Source: an uncultured candidatus Porisulfidus sp.
GTDB lineage: Bacteria > Pseudomonadota > Gammaproteobacteria > Poriferisulfidales > Poriferisulfidaceae
NCBI GenBank assembly: GCA_965199755.1
Contig: CBDASZ010000002.1
Span: 160,001-224,000 of the forward strand
Length of the DNA stretch: 64,000 nucleotides
Direction of reading: 5' to 3'
The notes beneath the pieces are model-generated. The model saw nothing but the letters and a program-made list of their open reading frames with translations, ran no database searches and was not told where the DNA came from. Position 1 is the first letter of the stretch. Each line of letters starts with the position of its first letter. A program made the position numbers and the translations under genes. Positions 24,050 to 35,191 of this stretch are shown here, in pieces.

Positions 24050-25021
24050 TCACGGCATCCAGCAGCTCTCCATCTCCAACAGCAAGTCCCCTCGGCATAA
24101 CGGACTGTGCAGCACATACTGCGGTGCCGCGACACGCTCACGCAGCACGGCACTGACCGCCGACACATCCTCCGGTCGCGCCAGATACACTTTCTCAAAC
24201 GGCAATGCTTCAACTTGCGTCGGACAGGTGGGGTTCAGTTGATGCGCCTGCTCCAGAACCGCCGTGTGATTGCGTAGCACTTCCCGCGTTTGCTCAGCGA
24301 CATCTCCCGCGTGCTGGGTCTCATGCCCGGTGATGCTGGCCGTACCCGATAAATACAAGCGGCAGATTCCGGTTTCTTCATGCAGCATGCCGCGTGAGAA
24401 AGAAGGCCCGTGCGGTCCGAGTTCTGGTGGATATTCCGAAGGTGCCGTCTGTCTGGGATTGTGCAACGCCACGCCCGCCTCTCGCGCAGCCAGAAAATAA
24501 ACAACCAGCCCCTGCGCCTGACTGCCCGTCGTAGTCACCGCCGGCAGTGGCGCTTGCGCGCTTGGCGTATCCGCGAGCCATGCCTCGCGGCGGCCGTCAC
24601 AAAATTCCCGATAGCGCGCCCCGACACCATCCGACATACAGATTTCAGGGAAATGATTCCACACCCGCAGAATCGACGGATACCCGTACTCGCGGGTCAA
24701 TGCCAGCAGTCGCTGGTACACCTGTCGCGTACACACTTGCAAGCCGGCATCCGTCTCCTCGAACACCCCGTACGCGAACATGAAAGAGCCGAAACAGGCA
24801 GTGTGAAACCCGGACTCCGCACCTCGCACCACCGGCTGATCACTGCTCCAGACCTCATGGAGGATGCGTGCGCCGAGAAGCGGCAGCGCTAAACGCAATT
24901 GCGTCGCGTCGGCGTTACTGGCTGCCCCGTATACAATGCGGGCGATGGTTTGTTCGGAATTCTCGGGTGGGTCGGTGTCCTGAAAATAGGCGATACGGAA
25001 AGTCTGAGGCACCCCAAGCAT
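24050..25021 (-). CDS. Chorismatase-like protein, FkbO/Hyg5/XanB2 ('pteridine-dependent deoxygenase-like') family; start uncertain
   Basis: LRVWNHFPEI, YREFCDGR, NPRQTAPSEYP, PSFSRG, LSGTASITGHET, LCRGDLLLEME. Confidence 0.85.
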   Translation of the reverse strand: MLGVPQTFRIAYFQDTDPPENSEQTIARIVYGAASNADATQLRLALPLLGARILHEVWSSDQPVVRGAESGFHTACFGSFMFAYGVFEETDAGLQVCTRQVYQRLLALTREYGYPSILRVWNHFPEICMSDGVGARYREFCDGRREAWLADTPSAQAPLPAVTTTGSQAQGLVVYFLAAREAGVALHNPRQTAPSEYPPELGPHGPSFSRGMLHEETGICRLYLSGTASITGHETQHAGDVAEQTREVLRNHTAVLEQAHQLNPTCPTQVEALPFEKVYLARPEDVSAVSAVLRERVAAPQYVLHSPLCRGDLLLEMESCWMP

Positions 25022-27063
25022 GGGCAAAATGGCACAAGGCGATAGTTTGAACCTGAATTTTAACACCGGCGCAGCCGAGACTTTGCGCGTCGGTATCGAC
25101 ACCGGCGGCACCTTCACTGATTTTCTGGTCTGCTTCGAAGAGCGCTGGTACATCCACAAGGTGCTGTCTGATCCTGAAGACCCGGCCCGCGCCATTCTTC
25201 AAGGTCTCCAAGACATCGGCATCAGCACCGAGCAGGAGTTTTATCTCGCCCACGGCACCACGGTGGCCACCAATACGGTGCTGGAAGGCACTGGCGCGGT
25301 CTGCGCCTACATTACAAACCGCGGATTCGCCGATGTGCTGCGTCTGGGCCGTCAGGCGCGTGCGGAACTCTATAACCTCACGCCACCGCTTGAACCGATC
25401 CCCGTTGCAGAGGAGTTGTGCTTCGAGACCGGCGGGCGTGTGAGTGCCGACGGGGAGATTCTCGAACCGCTCACTGAGGAAGACCTGCGCACGCTTTGTG
25501 AGCAGGTCCAATCGGCAAACGTGAAGGCCGTCGCCATCAATCTGCTGTTTAGCTGGCGCGACGCCGAAGCCGAACACCGCATTGAAGCGGCTTTGGATGA
25601 AGTCATTGTTTGTCTCTCGCTCCTCCCGTGTCTTGCCAGAAATCCGAGAGTACGAACGCGGCATGACGACTTGGCTCAACAGTTATGTCGGCCCCGGTGT
25701 CGGCCACTATCTGGAACACCTGCACACCGCGCTTCCTCATGCGCGAGTGGACATCATGCAAAGCCACGGCGGCACCTTGCCGGGGCATCTGGCCGCACCC
25801 AACGCAGTGCGGCTGCTGTTATCCGGCCCGGCAGCGGGATTGGCCGCGGCGCTGGAGATCGGCAAACGCGCCGGCACCGAGCGCATTCTCAGTCTGGACA
25901 TGGGCGGCACGTCCACTGATGTCGCTTTGATCGACGGCCGCATCCGGCTCAGTTCCGATGGCGAGATCGGCGGATTTCCGGTCGCCACCCCGATGGTGGA
26001 TATGCACACGATCGGCGCGGGTGGAGGCTCACTGGCCTATCGGGATGAAGGCGGGCTATTGCGAGTCGGGCCACGCTCCGCCGGCAGCCGCCCCGGACCC
26101 GCTTGTTATGGCCGCGGCGGCACCCACGCGACCGTCACGGATGCCCATGTGGTGTTGGGCTGGATCCCGGCTGAGGCCCGGTTGGCTGGGAGTCTTGAAT
26201 TGGACGCGGGGGCCGCGCACAACGCGGTACGCCGATTGGCTGATGATTTGGAACTGGACCCCCTGGACACCGCACGCGGCATCGTGCGCGTCGCCAATGA
26301 AAATATGGCGCAGACGTTGCGGGTGGTTTCTATCGAGCATGGTCACAATCCCCGGGACTTCATACTGATGGCCTTCGGAGGTGCCGGTGGACTGCATCTG
26401 TGCGCACTAGCCGAAGCGCTGGACATGCGCCACGCCATTGTGCCCGCATATGCCGGGGCGTTTTCAGCCCTCGGCCTGCTGCTCGCCCCACAAAGCCGTG
26501 AATTGACGCAATCCCTCGGCCGTCCCTTGCAGGAACTTGATGATGCCACCGTGGAACAGCACTTCACGCAGCTGCAACAACGCGCCCATACCGAACTGGA
26601 AGTCCCTGAATCTCCGCCCTGGGAGGCGCAGCATAGTCTGGACTTGCGCTATGTCGGACAATCGGCAAGTCTGCGTCTGTCCTGGACTTCTGTCGCACAG
26701 GCCGGTGAGGACTTTCATGCCCGGCACCGGAAACACTACGGGCACGCGCTGGATGTGCCGATCGAACTGGTGACTTTGAGGCTGTCGCTGACCCAGCAAA
26801 GCACCACAGCACCCCTGCCCTCAGCGCCCACACGCGACAGTGCTGCACCGCACTACCATGCTCTGGTGGAAGGCCGTGAAGTGCCCGTCTATCAGCGCGA
26901 AAAACTTGCACTCGGTCAGCCCGTTGTCGGGCCGGCCATCATTCTTGAGGACACCGCCACCACCCGCGTCTCCGAACACTGGTGTGCGGAACTCGACCCA
27001 TGTGCTAATATCCGACTTGCGCGAAGTTCGCGATGCGCAGATTCTTTCTCACTTACGGTTTGA
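25020..27063 (+). pseudogene. Hydantoinase/oxoprolinase subunit A family, split by a +1 frameshift near 25600 (pseudogene or sequence error); start uncertain
   Basis: GIDTGGTFTD and HGTTVATN in one frame; REYER, LLSGPAAG, DMGGTSTDV, IGAGGGS, GPACYGRGG in the next. Confidence 0.85.
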
Positions 27064-27066
27064 TCA

Positions 27067-28272
27067 ATGGTTGATGTGCTTGCCCTGTGGCACGGGGTGT
27101 TCCTGCTACCGGTCTGGAGCTATATCCTGCTGGCGCTTGTTCTGACCCACATTACGATCGTCTCGGTGACACTCTACCTGCACCGGGATCAGGCGCATTG
27201 CTCATTGCAACTGGGCGCACCGCTGCGCCATGCTTTCCGTTTCTGGCTATGGCTGACCACCGGCATGAAAACGCGCGAATGGGTCGCCGTGCACCGCAAG
27301 CATCACGCGCGTTGCGAAACTGAAAACGATCCGCATAGTCCGGCCATCCATGGCATCGCCGCTGTGCTCTGGTCTGGCGTCGCCCTGTACCAGCAAGAGA
27401 CCCGCAACTCCGAGACCCTGACCCGCTACGGCCATGGCACACCGGACGATTTTCTGGAGCGGCACCTGTATTCCCGTCACACACTGGGCATCACCCTGAT
27501 GCTCATCCTGCAGCTGCTCCTGTTCGGACTTCCGGGACTGGCGATATGGGCGATACAAATGTTGTGGATTCCGTTTTTCGCGGCGGGGGTCATCAACGGT
27601 CTGGGACACTGGTTTGGCTACCGGAATTTCGCGACCCATGACATTTCGACCAACCTCACCAACATCGGCATTTTGATCGGCGGTGAGGAGATGCACAACA
27701 ATCATCACGCCTATCCGTTCTCCGCGCGCTTCTCCATCCGCTGGTGGGAATTTGACATTGGCTGGATGTACATTCGGCTGCTGCGCGCCCTGCGGCTGGC
27801 GACCATCCGCCACGAAGCGCCGCGCTTGCGGATGTGCCGCAGCAAAACCCAGATTGATCAGGAAACCATCCGCGCTTTGCTCAGTAGCCGCATTATGGTG
27901 ATGGGGCAATACGCCCGCACCGTGTTGCTGCCAGCCTTGCGTCAGGAAGCCCGGCGCACCGCAGGCAACAGTTACCGCCGCCAGTTGGTGCGGCTGCGCA
28001 AACTGCTGCCGACCCTTGAACACCGCATGACGCCCGGTGAGCATGAACAGTTGCAACGGCTGCTGGTGCACTATCCGCAGCTGCAGGAAGTCATGCGCTA
28101 CCAACAGCGTCTGCAGGAAATTTTTCGGGCACGCCACGAAGGCTATCGGTTGATGCGCGAGCGATTGAATCAGTGGCGGCTGGGCGCTGAACAAACCGGC
28201 ATCGAAGCGCTGGAGAAGTTCTCACGGCAATTATGCTACTATTCTTTAGCGCCTGAGCGCATAAAACTATAA
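27067..28272 (+). CDS. Delta-9 type fatty acid desaturase (DesA-like) with C-terminal helical extension
   Basis: His boxes HRDQAH, HRKHH, HNNHH; WWEFDIGW. Confidence 0.92.
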   Translation: MVDVLALWHGVFLLPVWSYILLALVLTHITIVSVTLYLHRDQAHCSLQLGAPLRHAFRFWLWLTTGMKTREWVAVHRKHHARCETENDPHSPAIHGIAAVLWSGVALYQQETRNSETLTRYGHGTPDDFLERHLYSRHTLGITLMLILQLLLFGLPGLAIWAIQMLWIPFFAAGVINGLGHWFGYRNFATHDISTNLTNIGILIGGEEMHNNHHAYPFSARFSIRWWEFDIGWMYIRLLRALRLATIRHEAPRLRMCRSKTQIDQETIRALLSSRIMVMGQYARTVLLPALRQEARRTAGNSYRRQLVRLRKLLPTLEHRMTPGEHEQLQRLLVHYPQLQEVMRYQQRLQEIFRARHEGYRLMRERLNQWRLGAEQTGIEALEKFSRQLCYYSLAPERIKL

Positions 28273-28318
28273 TTTTCTTCGTTCACCCCTCTTCACTTTT
28301 GGACTGAACCGCACCACT

Positions 28319-28633
28319 ATGAAACGTACTAACTGGATTCTGCTACTTGCTCTTCCACTGGCCTTGGCGGGCTGTGAGACTATGGATAACATGACTTCCT
28401 GGTTCGACGATGACGAACCTGTCGCAGAAGCCGGTCAGGAACAACCACAGGAGAAATACGTCACCCTCAACGTGAAAGATCGCTGGGGATTTCGTATCAA
28501 GGAGCCGATGGGCTCACGCACCACCGGCGGAAGTTGCGCGGTCTGGACTGACACGGAAAAAGAAGCCAAAGGCAGTTGTTGCTGGAACCAGCGCGGGGAG
28601 TGTTCCTGCCCCTGTCCAGAACGATCGGAATAG
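28319..28633 (+). CDS. Predicted lipoprotein with Cys-rich C-terminus
   Basis: Lipobox LAGC; C-terminal GSCCWNQRGECSCPC. Confidence 0.7.
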   Translation: MKRTNWILLLALPLALAGCETMDNMTSWFDDDEPVAEAGQEQPQEKYVTLNVKDRWGFRIKEPMGSRTTGGSCAVWTDTEKEAKGSCCWNQRGECSCPCPERSE

Positions 28634-28663
28634 CCTCAGGGCGTTTCGGGCCGACGCGACCCC

Positions 28664-28831
28664 TTATTTGATTTTCGCTTCCTTGTAGAGGACGTGCTTG
28701 CGCACGACCGGATCGTACTTGCGCGTCTCCAGCTTTTCGGTCGCCGTGCGCTTGTTCCGGGTGGTCGTGTAGTAATGCCCGGTGTCCGCGCTGGACACCA
28801 GTTTGATTTTCTCGCGGACTTGCTTGGCCAT
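28664..28831 (-). CDS. rpmG: 50S ribosomal protein L33
   Basis: [28 protein letters not shown]. Confidence 0.98.
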   Translation of the reverse strand: MAKQVREKIKLVSSADTGHYYTTTRNKRTATEKLETRKYDPVVRKHVLYKEAKIK

Positions 28832-28832
28832 A

Positions 28833-29069
28833 TCAGACCTTCTCGCCGCGGGCACGCATTTCGATCAACACTGACTCAATGCCTTTCTTGTCGATGATCC
28901 GCATCCCCTTGCGGGACACCCGGAGTTTCACCCAGCGATTCTCGCTCTCCACCCAAAAGCGCTGCATGTGCAAATTGGGCAGGAAGCGTCGGCGCGTCTT
29001 GTTATGCGCGTGCGACACATTGTTGCCCGCCATGGGGCGCTTCCCGGTGACCTGACAGATTCGAGACAT
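28833..29069 (-). CDS. rpmB: 50S ribosomal protein L28
   Basis: [30 protein letters not shown]. Confidence 0.98.
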   Translation of the reverse strand: MSRICQVTGKRPMAGNNVSHAHNKTRRRFLPNLHMQRFWVESENRWVKLRVSRKGMRIIDKKGIESVLIEMRARGEKV

Positions 29070-29197
29070 TGCCGTGTTGTGCGTGAATTGTGAAGGGGCT
29101 ATTTTAGCAAATATGTCTGGCATTAAGCACCATTTCTGTGGGACAGGATTCTGTGCAATACGCCATTTTTTCAATATTTACAATATTATTTAGGTCG

Positions 29198-29840
29198 ATG
29201 GTGCTGGCCCCGGGCACCAATACCAACTCAGCGACGCAGTCACACACCATCAATGTCGCCACCCCTTTCGGAGAACTTCCCTTTAGCCTGAGCGACGAAG
29301 CGCGAGAGACTTCCGGGGTCGGACTGCTGGTGTCCGCTTCAGGGGAATATTGGCACCCGTTAGCTGTTTGGCGGTCAGTTACACACGCGTGAATATAAGG
29401 GACACCAGTTTGACGATATGGACGTCAGTCTGCGCAGCGGCCCGCGATTGTTCTTTCCTAGCACTGATGTCAGCGTGCAGGCCAAGGTGTCACAACGCTG
29501 GTTTGGCGGCACGGTCTACAGCAAAGGATTTGGCTTCCGTGTCGAAAACAACTGGTATCTGGGCCGGCGCACCTGGACCAGCGGCAATTTGGAACGGATG
29601 CAACTGCGCAACCGTAATGAAGGTCTGGGCGAAGGCCCGCGCTGGAATGCGACACAATGGGTTTTCGCCCGCCACCATTCTGGTTCGACAACGGCAGCGC
29701 TCAAATTTTATCCTTTCAGAATACAGCCGAACCCGAATGGAACTCTCGGTGCGTCGCTTGTTCTGACGCACCACAAACTCCCCAAGCAGCATAATGGACG
29801 GCGCGAAACACTCGCGCGGCTCCCTATTGGACATATCTGA
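29198..29840 (+). pseudogene. Fragmented outer-membrane beta-barrel gene (Slam/DUF560-like)
   Basis: LAPGTNTNSAT..TINV..PFGELPFSLS..AR..SGVG followed in another frame by SLRSGPR..QRWFGG..Y; no N-terminus, frames broken. Confidence 0.55.
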
Positions 29841-29855
29841 TTTCTCTCCCCGTCC

Positions 29856-30881
29856 ATGACTCTCATTCTCGGCATTGAAAGTTCCTGCGATGAAACCGGT
29901 GTCGCCATTTGGAACGATGCGCAGGGCCTACAAGCTCATCGCCTCTACAGTCAGGTCAAAACACATCAGCGCTACGGTGGCGTGGTGCCTGAATTAGCGT
30001 CACGAGATCATATCCAGCGACTGCCTCAGTTATGTCAGGAGGCGCTGTCTGAAGCGCAGTGCGAAGCCACAGATCTTGACGCCATCGCCTATACCGCAGG
30101 CCCTGGGCTGATCGGCGCACTGATGGTCGGTGCCTCTTTCGCCTGTGCGCTGGCCTACACCGTCAAGCGCCCCACACTGGCCATCCACCACATGGAAGCG
30201 CACCTGCTGGCTCCTCTGATGGGCACTTCCGATCTCCACCCACCGTTCGTCGCGCTATTGATCTCTGGTGGTCACACGTTGCTGATACGGGTGGATGAGA
30301 TCGGCCAGTACACCTGTCTGGGTCAGAGTTTGGATGATGCCGTCGGCGAAGCGTTCGACAAAACCGCCCGACTACTAAACCTCCCCTACCCCGGCGGGCC
30401 CGCTCTGGCGCAACTTGCCGAACAAGGCAATGCCAAGCACTTTGCGTTCCCTCGCCCCCTGCTGGATCGACCCGATTGCAACATGAGCTTCAGTGGCCTG
30501 AAGACCCACGTGCGTCGCATGATCGAAAAACACCCGCAACCGGAACAGGCACCCGACATTGCCGCCGGCTTTCAGGAAGCCGTGGTGGATGTATTGATCG
30601 GGAAGGCGCAGCGAGCCTTGGACGAGACCGGACTATCGGATCTGGTTGTCTCTGGCGGCGTCGGTGCCAACGTGCGCTTGCGTACGCGCCTGACTGAAGA
30701 GTTGCAGCATTGTGGCCGCCGCGTGTTCTATCCGCCGCCTGAATACTGCACGGATAACGGGGCCATGATTGCCTATGCCGGATTTCGGAGGCTGGACGAT
30801 GCTCGCCCGAATGAGCGTCCGCAGATTCTAAGCCGGGCTCGCTGGCCGCTTGAAGAACTCAAGCCCCCCGGAGCCACTTGA
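29856..30881 (+). CDS. tsaD: tRNA N6-adenosine threonylcarbamoyltransferase
   Basis: LGIESSCDET, GGVVPELASRDH, HHMEAH, SGGHT, CTDNGAMIA. Confidence 0.98.
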   Translation: MTLILGIESSCDETGVAIWNDAQGLQAHRLYSQVKTHQRYGGVVPELASRDHIQRLPQLCQEALSEAQCEATDLDAIAYTAGPGLIGALMVGASFACALAYTVKRPTLAIHHMEAHLLAPLMGTSDLHPPFVALLISGGHTLLIRVDEIGQYTCLGQSLDDAVGEAFDKTARLLNLPYPGGPALAQLAEQGNAKHFAFPRPLLDRPDCNMSFSGLKTHVRRMIEKHPQPEQAPDIAAGFQEAVVDVLIGKAQRALDETGLSDLVVSGGVGANVRLRTRLTEELQHCGRRVFYPPPEYCTDNGAMIAYAGFRRLDDARPNERPQILSRARWPLEELKPPGAT

Positions 30882-31416
30882 TCGAACACCCCATTGACGA
30901 TGTCTGCTGCTCAGGCCCCACTCCGGTCTGTGCAATCTGCACCATCGCGTCAAACAATTCGCGCGGCGCGTCTGAAACCTCCTGCAGGCCGCCGGAATCA
31001 AGCCGACCGCGATACTGCAACTCCAACGCGGCGTTGTAGCCAAAGAAGTCCGGGGTACAGACCGCGCCGTAATCACGCGCAGCCTGCTGCGTCTCGTCCC
31101 ACAGATACGGAAACGGAAACTGGTGGCGTTGCGATACCGCCGCCATGTTGTCGAAGGAATCTTCCGTATATTCCTGCGGATCGTTCGACATGATCGCGAC
31201 CGAACGGATGCCGTGCCCGACCAGTTCCGCGGTATCGCGCACGATGCGCTCCAGGCAAGCTTTGACGTAAGGGCAATGGTTGCAGATAAACATGATCAGC
31301 ACCCCGGATTCACCGCGGCATTCCTGCAACGACCAGTCACGGCCATCCACACCCGGCAATGAAAAATCAATCGCCGCAGCACCAAAGTCGCAGACCGGCG
31401 TGTGCTTGAGACTCAT
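30859..31416 (-). CDS. Thioredoxin-fold (AhpC/TSA-like) protein
   Basis: MFICNHCPYV, AVCTPDFF, YRGRLD, SMGCSIKW. Confidence 0.9.
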   Translation of the reverse strand: MSLKHTPVCDFGAAAIDFSLPGVDGRDWSLQECRGESGVLIMFICNHCPYVKACLERIVRDTAELVGHGIRSVAIMSNDPQEYTEDSFDNMAAVSQRHQFPFPYLWDETQQAARDYGAVCTPDFFGYNAALELQYRGRLDSGGLQEVSDAPRELFDAMVQIAQTGVGPEQQTSSMGCSIKWLRGA

Positions 31417-32183
31417 TGCCGCAACGCTTCCAAAGCGGCATTGACCGCACCAGACAGATACATCGCATCCACTCCGAGACCGAGCAAGCTGAAGCCCTGC
31501 TCCCGATAACTGCGAACGACATCCGCCTGTACTCCGAAAATTCCCGGAACCTTGCCGAACTCCTTGCACGTCGCCAACACCTCAGCGATACAGTCCTGTA
31601 TCCTGGAATCGTTGACTTCTCCGGGAATGCCCATGCTCATGGACAGGTCATAAGGACCAACGAACAAGGCGTCAACGCCTTCCACTGCCGCCAGTTCCCT
31701 CACATTGCGCACCGCATCAATGTGTTCGATCTGGATCACGGTCAGCAGTGAATCATTCGCATGCTCCAGATACTCCGTCAGGCTCGCCCCGTATCGCTGC
31801 GCCCGCGCTATGCCGACGCCGCGCTCCCCTACGGGCGGATATTTGGCGTACTGCACAATCAACTCCGCCTGCTCAACCGAGTTGACTTGTGGCGCGATGA
31901 TCCCGGATGCACCGACATCCAGCATCTTCTCAATCCAACATTCCTCATGCACTGGAATGCGCACCAGACACGGCATCTTGTTGCCCACTGCCTGAATCAG
32001 CGCTTCCACCGCAAGTGGTCCATAAGCACCATGTTCGGCATCAATAAACAGCCAGTCGAAGCCGGCATCCGACAGAATCTCGGCTACCTGGGGACTGTTG
32101 AGGCTCACAATCGGACCGACCAGATTCTCTCCGGCACACACGCGCTTGCGAAATTCGTTTCCAAAGACCAGATTTCCGTTCAT
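31413..32183 (-). CDS. HpcH/HpaI family class II aldolase
   Basis: [32 protein letters not shown]. Confidence 0.92.
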   Translation of the reverse strand: MNGNLVFGNEFRKRVCAGENLVGPIVSLNSPQVAEILSDAGFDWLFIDAEHGAYGPLAVEALIQAVGNKMPCLVRIPVHEECWIEKMLDVGASGIIAPQVNSVEQAELIVQYAKYPPVGERGVGIARAQRYGASLTEYLEHANDSLLTVIQIEHIDAVRNVRELAAVEGVDALFVGPYDLSMSMGIPGEVNDSRIQDCIAEVLATCKEFGKVPGIFGVQADVVRSYREQGFSLLGLGVDAMYLSGAVNAALEALRQ

Positions 32184-32833
32184 TCCAGTACCTCCACTTC
32201 AGTATCATTGCCAACCAACAATACATCCGCCCCCCGCTGTGCAAATATTCCAACCGTCACGACTCCCGGAATCACATTCAGCGTCCGTTCCATTTCATGC
32301 GGCTGCTGGATTTCAAAATTATGTACATCCAATATGACATTGCCATGATCCGTGACAAAGTCCTGACGCCATTCCGGCATTCCGCCCAAGCGCACCAGTT
32401 CACGCGCCACCATCGAACGCGCCATCGGAATCACTTCAATCGGCAACGGAAACTGACCCAGATGCGCCACCAGTTTGCTGTCATCCATAATGCACACAAA
32501 GGTCTCGCTGCACTGCGCGATGATTTTCTCACCGGTCAGCGCGCCGCCACCGCCCTTAATCAGGCTCTTGTGCCGCGTGGCTTCATCGGCACCATCCACA
32601 TACAACCGCAATGGCCCGGCGGTGTTCAGATCAACGACACGAATGCCTAGTTCACGCAGTCGTTGGGTGCTGGCCTCGGAGGAAGAAACAGCCGCGTCGA
32701 TCTTGCCGCGCAGCGGTGCCAGTGCGTCAATAAAGAAATTGACGGTGGAGCCAGTCCCCACGCCCAACACCTCGTCAGGCTGGATATAATCCAGCGCCGC
32801 TTGCGCGGCGGCTTGTTTTTTAGAATCGCTCAC
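32180..32833 (-). CDS. rpiA: Ribose-5-phosphate isomerase A
   Basis: [24 protein letters not shown]. Confidence 0.98.
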   Translation of the reverse strand: MSDSKKQAAAQAALDYIQPDEVLGVGTGSTVNFFIDALAPLRGKIDAAVSSSEASTQRLRELGIRVVDLNTAGPLRLYVDGADEATRHKSLIKGGGGALTGEKIIAQCSETFVCIMDDSKLVAHLGQFPLPIEVIPMARSMVARELVRLGGMPEWRQDFVTDHGNVILDVHNFEIQQPHEMERTLNVIPGVVTVGIFAQRGADVLLVGNDTEVEVLE

Positions 32834-32873
32834 TTACAATCTCCCTCTCGACAATAAAGTGTAACCTACACTC

Positions 32874-33110
32874 ATGCCCTATTATGTGTTTCAGGTCGCA
32901 GAAGATGCCGCAGTGCATGACCGCTTCACTGAACTCAATTCCTTCGAGGCTTACCGGGAAGCCCGCGACTTCGCTCGCGCCCAGCGCGAAGAGCAGCCCG
33001 ATCTTGATGCCCGCAGCATTCGGATTGTATTTTCTGAATCTGCGGAACTGGCGGAAAACCTGCTGCGCCAGCCTCGAGAAGCACCCATTCTTCGTGAGTG
33101 GGAGAAGTAG
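32874..33110 (+). CDS. Small hypothetical protein
   Basis: 78-aa ORF MPYYVFQV...REWEK filling an intergenic gap. Confidence 0.65.
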   Translation: MPYYVFQVAEDAAVHDRFTELNSFEAYREARDFARAQREEQPDLDARSIRIVFSESAELAENLLRQPREAPILREWEK

Positions 33111-33123
33111 CCCCGCACCTGAC

Positions 33124-33882
33124 CTACGCCGGATTCGGCAGATCCACAAAGGTGTGCGACACCCCCAGATGCTCCTCCAGATGTGCCCCTAAAGCACGCA
33201 CACCGTAACGTTCCGTCGCGTGATGACCGCAGGCGAAATAATGTACGCCGCATTCCCGCGCAATGTGCGCGGTCGGCTCGGAAATCTCACCGCTGACAAA
33301 AGCATCCAACCCTAATCGCGCGGCCTCTTCAATCATCCGCTGCCCGGCTCCGGTACACCAGCCAACCGTCTGCACCGGCACGGACGTCTCCGGTCCCGCC
33401 CATATCACCGGATGCTCAAGAATGTCGCTGAAGCGCGCTCGCAACACTGACGCCTCGGCCGCTTCCCGCACGCGCCCTTGTCGCCCCATGCTGGGATCTT
33501 CCGAAACCAGCAAATCGTCTACCTCAAATCCCAGAACCTGCGCCAGCTGGACATTGTTGCCCCACGTCTCATGCGCATCCAGCGGCAAGTGATAGGCGAA
33601 CACATTGATTTGCGCCTCAAGCAGGCTGCGCAGACGCCGGGCTTTCATGCCGGTCACTCTTTGATCCTCACCGCGCCAGAAATATCCGTGATGCACCAGT
33701 ATCGCGTCCACGCCGGAATCAATCGCATGATCAATCAGTGCCTGACTGGCCGTGACACCGCTCATCAATGACGTGATCTGTTCACGCCCTTCGACCTGCA
33801 GGCCATTCGGACAATAGTCCGAAAACCGCTCCGGCTGCAGTACCTCGGTGAGATACGCCGCAAGCGCGTCACGTGTCGTCAT
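33124..33882 (-). CDS. Nif3-like dinuclear metal centre protein (YbgI family)
   Basis: DYCPNGLQVEG, VHHGYFW, YHLPLDAH, GHHATERYG. Confidence 0.95.
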   Translation of the reverse strand: MTTRDALAAYLTEVLQPERFSDYCPNGLQVEGREQITSLMSGVTASQALIDHAIDSGVDAILVHHGYFWRGEDQRVTGMKARRLRSLLEAQINVFAYHLPLDAHETWGNNVQLAQVLGFEVDDLLVSEDPSMGRQGRVREAAEASVLRARFSDILEHPVIWAGPETSVPVQTVGWCTGAGQRMIEEAARLGLDAFVSGEISEPTAHIARECGVHYFACGHHATERYGVRALGAHLEEHLGVSHTFVDLPNPA

Positions 33883-35191
33883 GATCCTCTGTGCGCCAGC
33901 GCGCTGAGGCCGCGTGCGCGGCCAAGCCTTCTGCTTCCGCCAGACACGCCGCCAGTTCGGCGAGCTGTGAGGCACCGGCTACGGACAATTCAATGACGCT
34001 GCTGCGTTTCTGGAAGTCATAACTTCCCAACGGCGACGCAAAGCGCGCCGCGCGCGCGGTCGGAAGAACATGGTTCGGACCCGCACAGTAATCCCCCATC
34101 ACCTCAGCGCTGCGGGCACCCAAAAAGATCGCCCCGGCATGCTGAATCTGATCAAGCACCGCGCGTGGCTCGCGCAGCGCCAGTTGCACGTGCTCCGGTG
34201 CCATGCGATTCACCAATGCGATCGCCTCGTCAATGGTTTCGGTCTGAATCAACGCGCCGCAGTTCTTCAGCGACTCACGAATGATCTCCTGACGCGGCAT
34301 CGCATCCAACTGCGCCTCTAGTTCTGCTGCGACAACCTCCAGATGCGCCGCATCCGGGCTGACCAAACAGGCTTGCGCCTCCACATCATGCTCCGCCTGC
34401 GCCATCAAATCACTGGCCAGCCAGCGCGGATCCGCGCTCCCGTCACTGACGATCACTATCTCGGATGGACCCGCCGGCATATCAATGCCGACGATCCCAA
34501 ACACCTGTCGTTTCGCTTCCGCCACCCATACATTACCAGGCCCGACAATCTTGTCCACCGCCGGGATGGTTTCAGTACCGTATGCCAACGCGCCGATCGC
34601 CTGCGCGCCACCAAGCGCCCAGCCTCGATCCACTCCGGCCACATGCGCCGCCGCCAGCACTGCGGGATTGCTTTGTCCCTTTGGGGTCGGACTGACCATC
34701 AGTACTTCCTGCACGCCGGCAACGCGCGCCGGAATCGCATTCATCAAGACCGAGGACGGATACGCGGCCGTACCGCCCGGCACATAAATCCCGACCCGTT
34801 TCACCGGTAACACACGCTGGCCCAGCCGTGACCCTTCGGCGTCAGCGTACTCAAAGGAATCCAGCGTCACATGCGCGGCATAGTCGCGTACGCGCTCAGC
34901 TGCCGCCTGCAGAGCCTCTTGCAATGGCGAGCCCAACGACGAGAAGGCCGCCTCAAAATCCGCCGCATTGACAGCCAGTGCTTCCACGCTTTGCGGATCG
35001 TGGCCATCATACGTCCGGGTCGCTTCCAGCACGGCCGCATCGCCACCACACTGCACGGCGGCCAGAATCTCGGCCACCGCCCGGCGGCGGTCCGGATCAC
35101 AAGCTGATGCCCGCGCGGACGTGATGACCGCAAAGGCTTCATTGAAATCCGGCTGGCGGGTCGATAAGTTGCCCGCAAACAGCGTGCTCAT
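33869..35191 (-). CDS. hisD: Histidinol dehydrogenase
   Basis: YVPGGTAAYPSS, KIVGPGN, AGPSE, AQAEHD, APEH, GPNHVLPT. Confidence 0.97.
   Translation of the reverse strand: MSTLFAGNLSTRQPDFNEAFAVITSARASACDPDRRRAVAEILAAVQCGGDAAVLEATRTYDGHDPQSVEALAVNAADFEAAFSSLGSPLQEALQAAAERVRDYAAHVTLDSFEYADAEGSRLGQRVLPVKRVGIYVPGGTAAYPSSVLMNAIPARVAGVQEVLMVSPTPKGQSNPAVLAAAHVAGVDRGWALGGAQAIGALAYGTETIPAVDKIVGPGNVWVAEAKRQVFGIVGIDMPAGPSEIVIVSDGSADPRWLASDLMAQAEHDVEAQACLVSPDAAHLEVVAAELEAQLDAMPRQEIIRESLKNCGALIQTETIDEAIALVNRMAPEHVQLALREPRAVLDQIQHAGAIFLGARSAEVMGDYCAGPNHVLPTARAARFASPLGSYDFQKRSSVIELSVAGASQLAELAACLAEAEGLAAHAASARWRTEDHDDT

Noticed and set aside
30859-30881. Switch from mostly plus-strand to mostly minus-strand genes as a replication terminus
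   Set aside because: No dif-like site recognised and no visible change in C/G skew
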